A program made the position numbers and the translations under genes. A stretch of 64,000 nt of DNA, taken from contig CAZJVN010000001.1 of NCBI GenBank assembly GCA_964549775.1, positions 21,028-85,027 of the forward strand, written 5' to 3'. Positions 1 to 10,000 of the stretch are shown piece by piece (position 1 is the first letter of the stretch; every line of letters begins with the position of its first letter). This DNA is from an uncultured archaeon. Lineage in GTDB: Archaea; Iainarchaeota; Iainarchaeia; Iainarchaeales; JAAZKV01. Below the pieces are notes generated by a model that was given only the letters and a program-made list of their open reading frames with translations, was not told where the DNA came from and did no database searches.

Positions 1-1
1 T

Positions 2-493
2 ACTAAGTCTGAACTGTGTTATCATTGGATGATGCTTAATGATACTACTGCTGTTACTGAAACAAGGTATAATAATTATTTGATTGTGTATAAATTGATT
101 GATGGCGCTTGGGTTAAACAATCAAATTATCCTTGGAGTATTATTTATCCAACCTCAACAAATGCTTTTTTTAAAAATATTCATTTTGTTTCATCTCAAC
201 CAGGTTCTGCTTTTAATGGATATAATCATATGATGCTTGATGATGAAGGAGTATTAAGAGAAACCAATTTGAATTATGGTATGTTATTACTTAGTAATGG
301 AGTATATTTACCAGACCCTTACCCTGAAAAATTAATTACCTCAACAAACCATCAAATATTAAATACTGAAACTTTATTGGCTTACAAGATGGATAGTGCA
401 ACTCAAAACCCTGGAACAAAAATGCCTGAGGGCAGAGTAAAGTATGATGCTAGTGCTAGAACAAATGCAGTCATACAAATGGAATTAATTTGA
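2..493 (+). CDS. 3' part of hypothetical protein (runs off the window start)
   Basis: Frame is open from position 2 to the TGA ending at 493; no family recognised. Confidence 0.6.
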   Translation, partial: TKSELCYHWMMLNDTTAVTETRYNNYLIVYKLIDGAWVKQSNYPWSIIYPTSTNAFFKNIHFVSSQPGSAFNGYNHMMLDDEGVLRETNLNYGMLLLSNGVYLPDPYPEKLITSTNHQILNTETLLAYKMDSATQNPGTKMPEGRVKYDASARTNAVIQMELI

Positions 494-537
494 TTAATTA
501 TAAAAAAAATTAAATTATTTTTAGGAGTTGATGTAAA

Positions 538-684
538 ATGGCATTGTTTGGTCTTGGTACCCCTGAAATAATTTTGTTGCTTGTTGTTGCAGCAATTTTC
601 TTTTTTGGAGCACCAAAAGTAAAAGATTGGTTAAGTACTTTTAATAAAACAAAAAAAGAAGCTAAAAAAATGGTTAAAGAATGA
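538..684 (+). CDS. tatA: TatA/E-family twin-arginine translocase subunit, 48 aa (not in ORF track)
   Basis: Manual translation MALFGLGTPEIILLLVVAAIFFFGAPKVKDW...: GxxE, TM helix, FG hinge, amphipathic helix; AGGAG upstream; ATGA overlap with tatC. Confidence 0.85.
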   Translation: MALFGLGTPEIILLLVVAAIFFFGAPKVKDWLSTFNKTKKEAKKMVKE

Positions 685-1331
685 ATCTATTAAAATTTCT
701 TGGTGGGCTTTTTTTTACTTGCCTAATTATTGGAGGGTTACTTTCCCAAATCACGCTTGCAATTTTTGTTTCTTTTTTACCAAAAGAAGTTATTTTTGTT
801 GCATTAAATCCTTATGATGGTTTTTTGATTTTGATTTGGTGCGGACTTGCAATAACTTTACTTTTGTTTATGTTTTTTGCAGGATTTAGTTTATCAGTAT
901 ATTACAAAGATGCATTGTATGAGAAAGAAAAAAAATTTATTTTAAAAAATGTTATCCCTTCAGGGGTACTTTTTGTAATAGGTTTAGTTTTTGGTTTCTT
1001 TTTATACACCCAAATAATGTTGCCTTTTTTTGTGGAAACAAATTTACTAATAGGATTAACTAATTATTGGAATTTGTATTCAGTTATTTCTTCAGGAATT
1101 GGCTTAAGTATTGCACTAGGATTATCTTTCCAAATGCCTTTAGTAATTAGAGGATTAATTAAATTCAAATTTGTAGAAGCAAAGTTCTTTAGAGAAAAAA
1201 GACTAATCGTAATCTTTTTGCTTTTACTAATTTCAGGAATTATTACTCCCACTCCTGATGTTTTATCCCAACTAATTGTTGCAATCCCACTGTATTTATT
1301 ATTTGAACTAAGTTTAATTGGGTTAAAGTAA
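681..1331 (+). CDS. tatC: TatC translocase subunit (short, divergent N-terminus)
   Basis: Multi-TM protein with ALYEKEKK loop, GLSFQMP and IITPTPDVLSQ..IPLYLLFE motifs; flanked by tatA-like genes. Confidence 0.85.
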   Translation: MNLLKFLGGLFFTCLIIGGLLSQITLAIFVSFLPKEVIFVALNPYDGFLILIWCGLAITLLLFMFFAGFSLSVYYKDALYEKEKKFILKNVIPSGVLFVIGLVFGFFLYTQIMLPFFVETNLLIGLTNYWNLYSVISSGIGLSIALGLSFQMPLVIRGLIKFKFVEAKFFREKRLIVIFLLLLISGIITPTPDVLSQLIVAIPLYLLFELSLIGLK

Positions 1332-1417
1332 TTAAATCAAAAAATTATCCAAATAACTAAAAAGCACAATTTTTATAGTAGTTGATTCTAAATAATGTAC
1401 CTTTGGGGGTTTTTGAA

Positions 1418-1531
1418 ATGTTTGGATTAGGAGTTCAAGAAATAGTAGTTATTTTAATTGTGCTTGCAATTATTTTGTTTTTAGGAAGAAATAAAATTAA
1501 AAAATTCTTAGGAATAGGAAAAAAGAAATAA
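1418..1531 (+). CDS. tatA: Second TatA/E-like protein, 37 aa (not in ORF track)
   Basis: MFGLGVQEIVVILIVLAIILFLGRNKIKKFLGIGKKK: FGLGxxE, TM helix, LG hinge; G-rich SD upstream. Confidence 0.75.
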   Translation: MFGLGVQEIVVILIVLAIILFLGRNKIKKFLGIGKKK

Positions 1532-1590
1532 TTTTATTTTAAAAAAAATGTAACTAAAAGAATTAATTGAAATAATTATTCTTTTAATTT

Positions 1591-1665
1591 CATATTGCTT
1601 CTACAGTCCGACCCTGTTCGAACGGCCCAGAATATGCTAACATCCTGGCTTAGCAGCAGGATTAG
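1591..1665. ncRNA. Candidate structured RNA or bidirectional terminator
   Basis: About 49% GC island in very AT-rich DNA; stems CATATT/AATATG and CTAAcATCCTG/CAGGATTAG. Confidence 0.4.
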
Positions 1666-1685
1666 AAAATTATTTTAAAAAAAGT

Positions 1686-2015
1686 TTATTCTTTTAGTTT
1701 CATTATTGCTTCTGCAATGTCACCATTAGTTTCTTCTAGTGCTTTTTTTGCTTCTTCGTAAGTTTTTCCACTAGTTTCTGCAACCATTTTAATATCATTT
1801 TCAGGAATACTATCCTCTTCAACCCCTTCACCGATTAGAGTGTAAGTTTTTTTTCCTTGCATTACCATTGCTTGGATTTGTGGTTGAGTGAATATTAGTT
1901 TTTTTCCATTTTCAAGTTCAAATATTACTTTTTCTGTTTTTATTTCTTCAACTTTTATCCCCATTTGTCTCATCATTTGAGCCATTTGTTTTGGGTTTAC
2001 TCCACCAGGAAACAT
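1686..2015 (-). CDS. nac: Nascent polypeptide-associated complex protein (archaeal NAC)
   Basis: MFPGGVNPKQMAQMMRQMGI N-terminus and UBA-like ALEETNGDIAEAIMKL C-terminus. Confidence 0.95.
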   Translation of the reverse strand: MFPGGVNPKQMAQMMRQMGIKVEEIKTEKVIFELENGKKLIFTQPQIQAMVMQGKKTYTLIGEGVEEDSIPENDIKMVAETSGKTYEEAKKALEETNGDIAEAIMKLKE

Positions 2016-2134
2016 ATTTTTCACCTTCAAAATTCAATTAACAATAATTTTTTGTTTTTACTAATTATTTATAATTTGAAAAGTCTTTTAAAGTAAAAGT
2101 TTCATTCATTACTAGACAAGTATTAGTGTTTTTT

Positions 2135-2776
2135 ATGAGCGATGTTATTTCTGATATTAGATCTTTTGAAAAAAAATTCAAAAAACTAAAAAAAGATTCT
2201 CCAAGGTTTGTTGCAGTGGAAAGATACCTTGCTATTGGTGGAGTAATTAAAGCCTACCCTTCTGAAAAAGAATGGCCAAAACTAGGTTACCCTAACAACA
2301 CTGTTCTTGAATCTAAACTAAAAGAGGTTAGAGAGAAGAAAAAAATGTTTAATGAAAAATTAGCGTCTTGGGAGAAAGCCCACAAGAGTGCTTCTAATTA
2401 CCACTTAACTAATCAAATGCTAAAACTAAAAGAACCTCTTTATTGGAAACACATGGCAAAAATGGCTTCCGATCCTGATTACAGAAAAGATGCCGAAGCA
2501 GTAAAATTACCTGCCCATTTAGTTTCAGACAAAAAGTGGCAACCAATGGTAAAAATGTTTGTTAATGATTTGGATTATCGAAAACAATTATCAGAAACTG
2601 TTAGAACAAGTATCGCTTACAAAAAAGATAGAAAAGTCGCAAAGTATGCTGATGAGTTAAAAGATTTTAGAATGCAAACTTCAGATAAACAAATAAAAGA
2701 CTTAGAAAAAAGAATCAAAGAACTTGATGAAACTGAAATGGCTCTAAAAGAACTACAAGCTTGGTCAAAAGAATAA
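2135..2776 (+). CDS. Hypothetical helical/coiled-coil protein with internal repeat
   Basis: Long ORF, charged helical composition, repeated WxxMxKM..DxDYRK. Confidence 0.8.
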   Translation: MSDVISDIRSFEKKFKKLKKDSPRFVAVERYLAIGGVIKAYPSEKEWPKLGYPNNTVLESKLKEVREKKKMFNEKLASWEKAHKSASNYHLTNQMLKLKEPLYWKHMAKMASDPDYRKDAEAVKLPAHLVSDKKWQPMVKMFVNDLDYRKQLSETVRTSIAYKKDRKVAKYADELKDFRMQTSDKQIKDLEKRIKELDETEMALKELQAWSKE

Positions 2777-2885
2777 TAAAAAAATCTTTTTTTCATATAA
2801 TCTTTTTCAATAAAAAATAATTTTTTTGACCACCGGCACGCTACTCTCGGCGCGTTTATAAATAAAAAAATCTGCATAATAATTA

Positions 2886-2938
2886 GAACCAAAAAGAGTC
2901 CGACAATAATTTGTTTTTCGGACTCTATTAGTTGGTTC
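2886..2938 (+). promoter_or_regulatory. Hairpin 5' leader between TATA-like TTTATAAA (2855) and an AGGAGG SD
   Basis: GAACCAA/TTGGTTC outer stem and AGAGTCCGA/TCGGACTCT inner stem. Confidence 0.6.
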
Positions 2939-2953
2939 AAAGGAGGAATTAGT

Positions 2954-3031
2954 ATGGTTGAATCAAGATTGTGTAGATTTATTGAAGCTGAAGGAAGGTT
3001 AACCCCAAATTTTTTTTATATTAAATTATAA
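2954..3031 (+). CDS. Putative 25-aa peptide MVESRLCRFIEAEGRLTPNFFYIKL
   Basis: Perfect AGGAGG SD ending 7 nt before the ATG; T-run inside the 3' end may be a terminator. Confidence 0.35.
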   Translation: MVESRLCRFIEAEGRLTPNFFYIKL

Positions 3032-3076
3032 AAAAGATTTTTGAAAAGATTATAAAAAAATTATTTTTATTGTTTT

Positions 3077-3133
3077 GTTGGTTGGAGAGGAAGATAATAA
3101 TCACCCCACAGTTTTGTTTTCTTCTCCACTAAC
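3077..3133 (+). promoter_or_regulatory. Long G-U-containing hairpin leader upstream of 72-aa gene
   Basis: GTTGG-T-TGGAGAGGAAGATAA pairs with TTGTTTTCTTCTCCA-CTAAC (~20 bp with several G-U). Confidence 0.6.
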
Positions 3134-3172
3134 TCCCAATAATTAAAGTTTAATTGATATGGAGGAATTGTT

Positions 3173-3391
3173 ATGAAACCAGTTAAGAGTATAAAAGTAG
3201 GATCAGTTGAGGTTGCGGTTTGGGAGAACTCTTCAAAAGAAGGAAACAAGTTCTTTACAACAACTTTGAATAGAAATTATAAAGATAAAGAGGAATGGAA
3301 AAAAACCGATTCTTTAAGAGTGGATGATTTGCCTAAAGCAATTTTGGCTCTTGAAGAGGCTTATCGTTTTTCAGCAATAAAAGAAAGTTAA
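3173..3391 (+). CDS. Small conserved protein, probable PC4/ssDNA-binding-like fold
   Basis: GSVEVAVWEN..RNYKD..WKKTDSL..DDLPKA..L..AY pattern; GGAGG SD. Confidence 0.75.
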   Translation: MKPVKSIKVGSVEVAVWENSSKEGNKFFTTTLNRNYKDKEEWKKTDSLRVDDLPKAILALEEAYRFSAIKES

Positions 3392-3470
3392 TTATCCAAT
3401 TAATTTATTTTAAACCAACCAAAAACTCAAAAAACAAAGAGTTTTATATTACCACAATTAAGATTATTGT

Positions 3471-3755
3471 ATGCCAAATAAATTTCCTTCAAAAATTACT
3501 CAAAGAATTGCAGTTGCAAATGATAGAAGAGCTCAATTAATTAATGCTGGACAAAAATTAAGAATGAAATTACAAAAAGGTCCTTCTGTTTATTTTTTAG
3601 ATAAAAATGGAAGTGTTCATTTTGTTAAAAAGAGTGCTGGAGCAAAAGCAGTTAGTAAACTTGGTTGGAAGGAAATTGATTATTTAGAAGATTATAGAAT
3701 AAAACTTTTAGGAAGTCAAAACAGAAAAAAACTTTCTAATTTAACAAAAAAATAA
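3471..3755 (+). CDS. Basic hypothetical protein
   Basis: 94-aa ORF with TATA-like TTTTATA ~25 nt upstream (likely leaderless). Confidence 0.65.
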   Translation: MPNKFPSKITQRIAVANDRRAQLINAGQKLRMKLQKGPSVYFLDKNGSVHFVKKSAGAKAVSKLGWKEIDYLEDYRIKLLGSQNRKKLSNLTKK

Positions 3756-3844
3756 TTTTCTTTAATCCCTAATAAAACAATTCAAGGATTTATTTGCACC
3801 ACTAAATTAATAAGCATAAAATCAATATTTTTCTTGGTGTTTAA

Positions 3845-4678
3845 ATGGAAACTAAAAAAAATAAAACAGCTATTGTTTACATGGTTGCTGGACTTTCTTC
3901 AAGGTTTGGTGGAAAGATAAAACAATTTGCAAAAGTTGGGAAAAATAGTGAAACCCTAATTGAACTTTCAATGCAGCAAGCAATAAATGCTGGATTTAAT
4001 AAAATAATTTTTATTGTAGGAGATAAAACAGAAAAACCATTTGTGGAAAAATTTGGCAACAATTATTTTAACACCCCAATTTATTATGCAAAACAAATTT
4101 TTGATGAAAAAGTTCGAGAAAGGCCTTGGGGAACTCTTGATGCATTAATCTCTGCAAAAAAACTAATTAATTGTCCTTTTGCTATTTGTAATGGAGATGA
4201 TTTGTACGGAGAAAACGCGCTTAGAACAGTGTGTGATTTTTTAATAAAAAATGAAAACAAAAAAGTAGCTTTAACTATTGGTTATAAATTAAAAAACGCA
4301 ATTCCAAAAAAAGGATCCACAAATAGAGGAATTTACAAATTAGATAAAAATAATTTTGTAAAAGATATTAATGAAATAATTGGAATTGAATTTGATAAAT
4401 TAAAACAATTAAATTTAAACGAAAACGATTTGTGCAGCATGAATCTTTTTGGTTTGAATGAAAATATATTTTCTTTACTTGAAGAAAAATTAATTCTTTT
4501 CAAAAATAATCACAAAAATGAAAAAAGAATTGAATGCTATTTGCCTGTTGAATTAAGTAATTTAATTAAAGAAAAAAAAATTCTAATGAAATTAGCTCCA
4601 ACAAACGATGTTTGGTTAGGAGTAACTAACCCTGAAGATGAAGAAACAATCAAAAAGATTATAAAAGAAAATAAATAA
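3845..4678 (+). CDS. Sugar-phosphate nucleotidyltransferase family protein
   Basis: MVAGLSSRFGG..KQ, RPWGT, NGDDLYG and WLGVT motifs. Confidence 0.85.
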   Translation: METKKNKTAIVYMVAGLSSRFGGKIKQFAKVGKNSETLIELSMQQAINAGFNKIIFIVGDKTEKPFVEKFGNNYFNTPIYYAKQIFDEKVRERPWGTLDALISAKKLINCPFAICNGDDLYGENALRTVCDFLIKNENKKVALTIGYKLKNAIPKKGSTNRGIYKLDKNNFVKDINEIIGIEFDKLKQLNLNENDLCSMNLFGLNENIFSLLEEKLILFKNNHKNEKRIECYLPVELSNLIKEKKILMKLAPTNDVWLGVTNPEDEETIKKIIKENK

Positions 4679-4735
4679 CTTTACTTGGCAAGCTACTCCA
4701 GATTCCTTTTTAATCTTCATTAATCAATTTTTTAT

Positions 4736-6850
4736 ATGACTCAAGAAATAAGCGCATTAGTCCTTAAATCAAATAATTTTGAAAAATTTAATCCAATGCA
4801 AGAAAAGTGTTTGAATAAGTTAAATAAAAGTCTTGTTGTTTCAGCACCAACTGCGAGCGGAAAAACTATTGTTGCAGAACTTTTTGTTCTTCAAAGTGTT
4901 TTGATTGAAAAAAAGAAAGTAATTTACACTTGTCCTTTGCGTGCGCTTGCAAGTGAACATTATAAGGATTTTAAAAGAAAATATCCTCAAATTAAATTTT
5001 CTCTTTCTACTGGTGATCTTGATTCTAGTAGTTCTTATTTAAAAAAATTTGATGTAATAATGACTACTTATGAAAAACTTGCAAGTTTACTAAGGCATAA
5101 ATCAGAGTGGTTAAGTGAAGTTGGTTGTATTATTATTGATGAACTTCACGAACTTGATTCTTCGCGTGGACCAGTTCTTGAAATTGCTTTAACTCAATTA
5201 AGAAACAAAAACCCTTCACTAAAAATATTGGGTTTAAGTGCAACTATTCCTAATGCAAAAGAGTTGAGTGAATGGTTAAGTGCAGATTTAGTTGAAAGCG
5301 ATTTTCGTCCAACAAAATTAAAAGAAGGAGTATTTTTTGAAAACGAAATTACTTACCAAAATTTAGAAGTAGAAAATTTTAAAGATGTTGAAGATTTAAT
5401 TAATAATTTAATTAAAGAAAATAAACAAGCGCTTGTTTTTTTAAATTCAAGAAAACGTGCTGAAGGTTTTGCAAAAAAAATAAACAAAATTGTGGCCAAC
5501 AGTTTGAGCGAAAGAGAAATCCAAAAATTAAAAGAAGTTTCAAAAAGAGCATTAAATGTTTTAGAGTCCCCTACTGAACAATGTTCCTCTCTTTCAGAGT
5601 GTATAATGCAAGGGAGTGCCTTTCATCATGCAGGATTATTAAACGAGCAAAGAGAACTTGTTGAAGATAATTTTCGACTTGGACAAATTAAAGTTTTGTG
5701 TTCCACAACAACTCTCTCTGCAGGAATTAATTTGCCAGCAGATTTAGTAATTATTCCAAGTGTTTATCGTTTTGAAAAATTTTCAATGGAATTAATTCCA
5801 GTGAGGGAATATAAACAATGTGCAGGTAGAAGTGGTAGACCAAAATTTTCTAGCGAGGGAAAGAGTGTTATTTTAGCTAGTTCAGAACAACAAAAAGAAC
5901 TCTTAATTGAAAAATACATTAATGGGAGTATTGAAAAAATTGAATCTAAACTTTCAAATATCCCAATTTTACGTACCCACATTTTGGCACTAATCGCAAC
6001 TAATGAAATTTATGATATTAAAAGTATTGAATCCTTTTTTGAAAAAACGCTTTACGCAAAACAGTTTGGGGATTTTTCAGAGTTACTTGAAAAAATAGTT
6101 GAGATCATTTCAGATTTAGAAAAATTTGGTTTTGTTGAAAACAAAAATAACTTTTTTGTTTGTACCCCCTTAGGTAAAAGAGTGAGTGATTTATTTTTAG
6201 ATCCTGAAAGTGCATTTGATTTAATTACTGCATTAAGAAGCAAAAAAACTTTTACAAATATTTCTTACTTATATGCTTGGGTTAATTGTTTTGAATTTTT
6301 TCCACTTTTAAGTGTTCCAAAAAATATTAAACCAATTATTTATGAAGAATTTAGTGAAAGAATGGTGGAACTTCCTTTTAGTGAAGAAAAACTAATTTTA
6401 GAAGAAAATTCGGTTAACAAATATTTTTCTGCATTAATGCTTGAATATTGGATCAAAGAAAAAAAAGAGCAAGAATTATTCAAAGAGTATAATTTAGCTC
6501 CAGGAGTGCTTTTTGGAAAAACTAGAATTATTGAATGGTTATCTTATAGTACAATTGAATTATCAAAAGTTTTAGGTATTGAAAAACACATAATTGTAAG
6601 TAATAAATTGAGTAAGCGAATAAAGTATGGAGTTAAAGAAGAATTATTACAATTAGTTGAATTAAAAGGAGTGGGACGGGTACGTGCGAGGAAATTATTT
6701 AATGCAGGAATAAAAAAACCCACTGAAATCAGAAATAATTTAGCTAAAGTAGAGTCATTGTTAGGAAAAACCGTTTCAGATTCTTTAATTAAACAATTAA
6801 CTTTAAAAAAATCAATTAAAGCTGAATCAACTTTTCAAAAAAGCTTATAA
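4736..6850 (+). CDS. hel308: Hel308 (Ski2-like SF2) DNA helicase
   Basis: APTASGKT, DELH, LSAT, HHAGL, QCAGRSGRP and C-terminal HhH GVGRVRARKL. Confidence 0.93.
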   Translation: MTQEISALVLKSNNFEKFNPMQEKCLNKLNKSLVVSAPTASGKTIVAELFVLQSVLIEKKKVIYTCPLRALASEHYKDFKRKYPQIKFSLSTGDLDSSSSYLKKFDVIMTTYEKLASLLRHKSEWLSEVGCIIIDELHELDSSRGPVLEIALTQLRNKNPSLKILGLSATIPNAKELSEWLSADLVESDFRPTKLKEGVFFENEITYQNLEVENFKDVEDLINNLIKENKQALVFLNSRKRAEGFAKKINKIVANSLSEREIQKLKEVSKRALNVLESPTEQCSSLSECIMQGSAFHHAGLLNEQRELVEDNFRLGQIKVLCSTTTLSAGINLPADLVIIPSVYRFEKFSMELIPVREYKQCAGRSGRPKFSSEGKSVILASSEQQKELLIEKYINGSIEKIESKLSNIPILRTHILALIATNEIYDIKSIESFFEKTLYAKQFGDFSELLEKIVEIISDLEKFGFVENKNNFFVCTPLGKRVSDLFLDPESAFDLITALRSKKTFTNISYLYAWVNCFEFFPLLSVPKNIKPIIYEEFSERMVELPFSEEKLILEENSVNKYFSALMLEYWIKEKKEQELFKEYNLAPGVLFGKTRIIEWLSYSTIELSKVLGIEKHIIVSNKLSKRIKYGVKEELLQLVELKGVGRVRARKLFNAGIKKPTEIRNNLAKVESLLGKTVSDSLIKQLTLKKSIKAESTFQKSL

Positions 6851-6977
6851 ATGACTTAAAACCTATATTTTACGACAATATTTGGATTTTTGGGTAAAAA
6901 AATAAGGTTTTTTGTAATGGGGCAAGAAATTTTTAACAAAAAAATTTTCAAAAAAGCTTATAAATAACTTAAAACCT
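6832..6977 (+). repeat. 33-bp direct repeat (6832-6864 and 6945-6977, one mismatch) containing TATA-like TTATAAAT
   Basis: TTTTCAAAAAAGCTTATAAAT(G/A)ACTTAAAACCT twice, 113 bp apart. Confidence 0.9.
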
Positions 6978-7030
6978 TAGTTTGAAAGAATATAAATAGT
7001 TTTTAGACTTTGTTTTGGTTGGGTTTTTAG

Positions 7031-10000
7031 ATGGTTGGAAATGAGATTTTTCAAAAAATAACCACTTCTATTCAAAATTTTTATTACGCTTTAGAAGACA
7101 AATGGTACAATGTTCTTGACAAAATTGATCCAAAAGTACCAGTATACAAAATAATTGACCCAATTGACAAATTTGTTCCAAGTTTTGTACTATTTTTACT
7201 TTTTTTATTTTTTCTAATCTTACTTGCAGGATATTTAATTAGATTTTCTTCTCCCTACGAAGTAACTTTCACTATTAGTGATGCAAGTAATAACACAAAA
7301 CTTTCAGGAGTACAATTAAGTGGAGCAATTAATGAAAATGAGTTCAAACAAGTAATTACGGACAGTAAAGGAATAGCAACTGTTCAAACAATTGGATCAA
7401 AAAAGAATTTTTATGATATTTTAGCAGCAATCTTTTTTGGAAGTAAAGATCTTTTTATCGCACAGCTTTCAGTAAAAAAAGAAAATTATGTTCCTTGGGA
7501 AAATAAAATTGTTACTTTAGAAGGAAAAACTTATGAAATTGCTTTAAGTAAAGTTCCACAAGAACCTGTAAAATTTAAAGGGGTTGCAGTTGTTGAATTA
7601 TTAGATAAAGATACTCTTCAAAAAATAGTTGATCTTACTGGTTCTTCTTTTATTCAATATGATTGTAAAAACATAAAAATTGCAGGAGCTCCAATAACAG
7701 TTAAAGATGATAGTGACGGAGCAATTGATGGTTCATTTAAACTTGCAAAAGATAATTGTGAATTTATTATAACTAATGCGAGTGCTCCTGGATACGAGTC
7801 TTTAGGAATTTCAGTAAACCTCGACCCTACAAAAGATAAGCACAAAATTTCTTTACAAAAACAATCAGCTGATGAGGGGATTGCTAATGTTTTTGTTTAT
7901 GAATTAAAAGGATCAGAAAAAAAAGCAATTCCCGGGATAAAAGTGTTTTTTAATAAAATTAACACTAATGATTATTCTTTTACTAATAGTTCAGGGGTTG
8001 CACAAAAAACTTTAACTACAGGAGAATATGTAATAACAATTAATGATGAAAATTATTATCCAATAACTCAAACTTCAAACAAAAAAATCATTATTACAAA
8101 AGCCTCTTCTTCTACAATTGAAATTCAATTAACCTTTTTACCCCTAGCTCTAAGAAGATATGTTTACTTTAAAGTAATTGATTCAAACAGTCTTGCAATA
8201 GCGAATGCAAGTGTGTCTTTGATCGAATTACAAAAAGATAAGAATGGAAATTATTTTGGTGCAGATCTCAATTCAAACACAATTCATTACACTCCACTTA
8301 TAACAAATCTAACTGACACTAATGGTTTATTTAGACAACATGGTTTTACTGATACTAACATAAAAGTAATTGCGATTGTTAAAAAAGCTGGGTATTTAAA
8401 TAAAGTATTTTTAGCACAAATAGTAAAATACGATGCAACTTATGAAGTTGTAACTTTAGAAAAATTAGTTCCAGAAAATACTGCTTCTGCAAATATTATT
8501 GTTAAAGAAAAAGATACTAACAAAAGTATTTTTGGAGCAAATGCTTACTTATATTATTCTGCAACAATTGGAGGAGTATTTATAAAAAATATTCCAATAA
8601 CTCAACAAGGAGTAAAAACTGATTATTTAGGGAACGCAAAATACCAATATTTGATTCCTGGAAATTATTCTGCAGGAGCAGATGTAGAAAATAATTATTT
8701 TTCAGGAATTAGTGAAGAAAAATTCATTGATATTAATCAAACAAAAGATTTCAATATATTTGTTAAACTAAATGCAAGTTTGATTTCTTTTAGATTAATT
8801 AATGCTGTTACAAAAAACCCAATAGTTGGAATTATTGAAGTCTACTATTTGAGTGGTTCTTCAAAAGTTCTTATTGAAACTCTAACTACTACAAATAGCG
8901 GATTTGTTAAAAGTAATTTTGCTTTCAAAAAAACTGATAATTTATATTTAGTTGGAAAATCACCAGGGTACGCTAATGGATTTATGTACCATAATGGAAG
9001 TAGTTATCCACTTGCTATTGGCGAAAATAATTTTAGTGTTAAATTGTACCCAAAAAGTGCACTTGATTATAACAATGGAGGTCCTAGTGAAAGGAATACT
9101 TATACCATAGATAATAACCAGCTTTGTTTGAAATCTCCAACAGAAAATAGATGTTTAGACATAACTAACTTAAATGAGAATTATTCTAATGGAATAAAAG
9201 TTGGAAATTTTAGTTGTAATTTACAAACAGATAACTCAATTATTTGCAATAATAATTTGAGGTATTATTATTCTTCAAGAGTGAATATGTTTTTTGATAA
9301 TATTTATTCAACAACTGATAACCATCTTTCAGGATACTCTACTGCAGATTCTTTAGAGCCCGGAAGTTCTTATTCAGCAGTATTTGATGTAGTTGTAGAC
9401 GGAAATGTAAGTTACAGTGAATTATTGTCAATGATTCGACTTGAAGGGGCTGGAAAAATAACAAACATTTTGCCAGACATTTCTCCAAGAACTGGTCAAT
9501 TTGGACACAAATGTGATAACTCTTCACTAGATGGAAACATTAGAACTAGACCTGACAGTTATTATTATCCTACAAGCAGTAGTTGTAATTCTATTGGTGG
9601 AACAGATTCAATAATTGCAAGCATTAAGTGGGCACAAAATCCTTTACCAAAAGGGTCTTATACAGTTAGAGTAAATTTTAAAATAAATGCGAACTCTGAT
9701 GATGAACCATTAAATTTTTATTATCGAGCTAAAGAAAAGAGTCAAAATGGTTCAACTGAAACACTTTTAATGAGTAGACAATTTACTGTTGGAGAAATTT
9801 TAGGAACCGGAATTTATTATAGAATAAATAATAATGGGAAAAATATTATTGTTAAAGAGTCAAGTAATATTAGTTCAAACAATAGATTACTATTTGTTGA
9901 AGACGATGTTAACCCGTTAAGAATTTCTTTAATTAACAGACTTGAAAATTCTCTCTCAAATGCTACACTAACTCTGTATTCTTATTATGGAGATCCTTCT

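Noticed and set aside
1605..1630. GTTCGAAC as a tRNA T-arm
   Set aside because: No cloverleaf, acceptor stem or anticodon arm could be built on either strand
2617..2940. 107-aa minus-strand ORF
   Set aside because: Overlaps the 3' end of a real gene and the promoter/hairpin region; no motifs
6832..6977. 33-bp repeat as a CRISPR array or att site
   Set aside because: Only two copies, 80-bp interval, promoter-like content, no cas or integrase genes in the window
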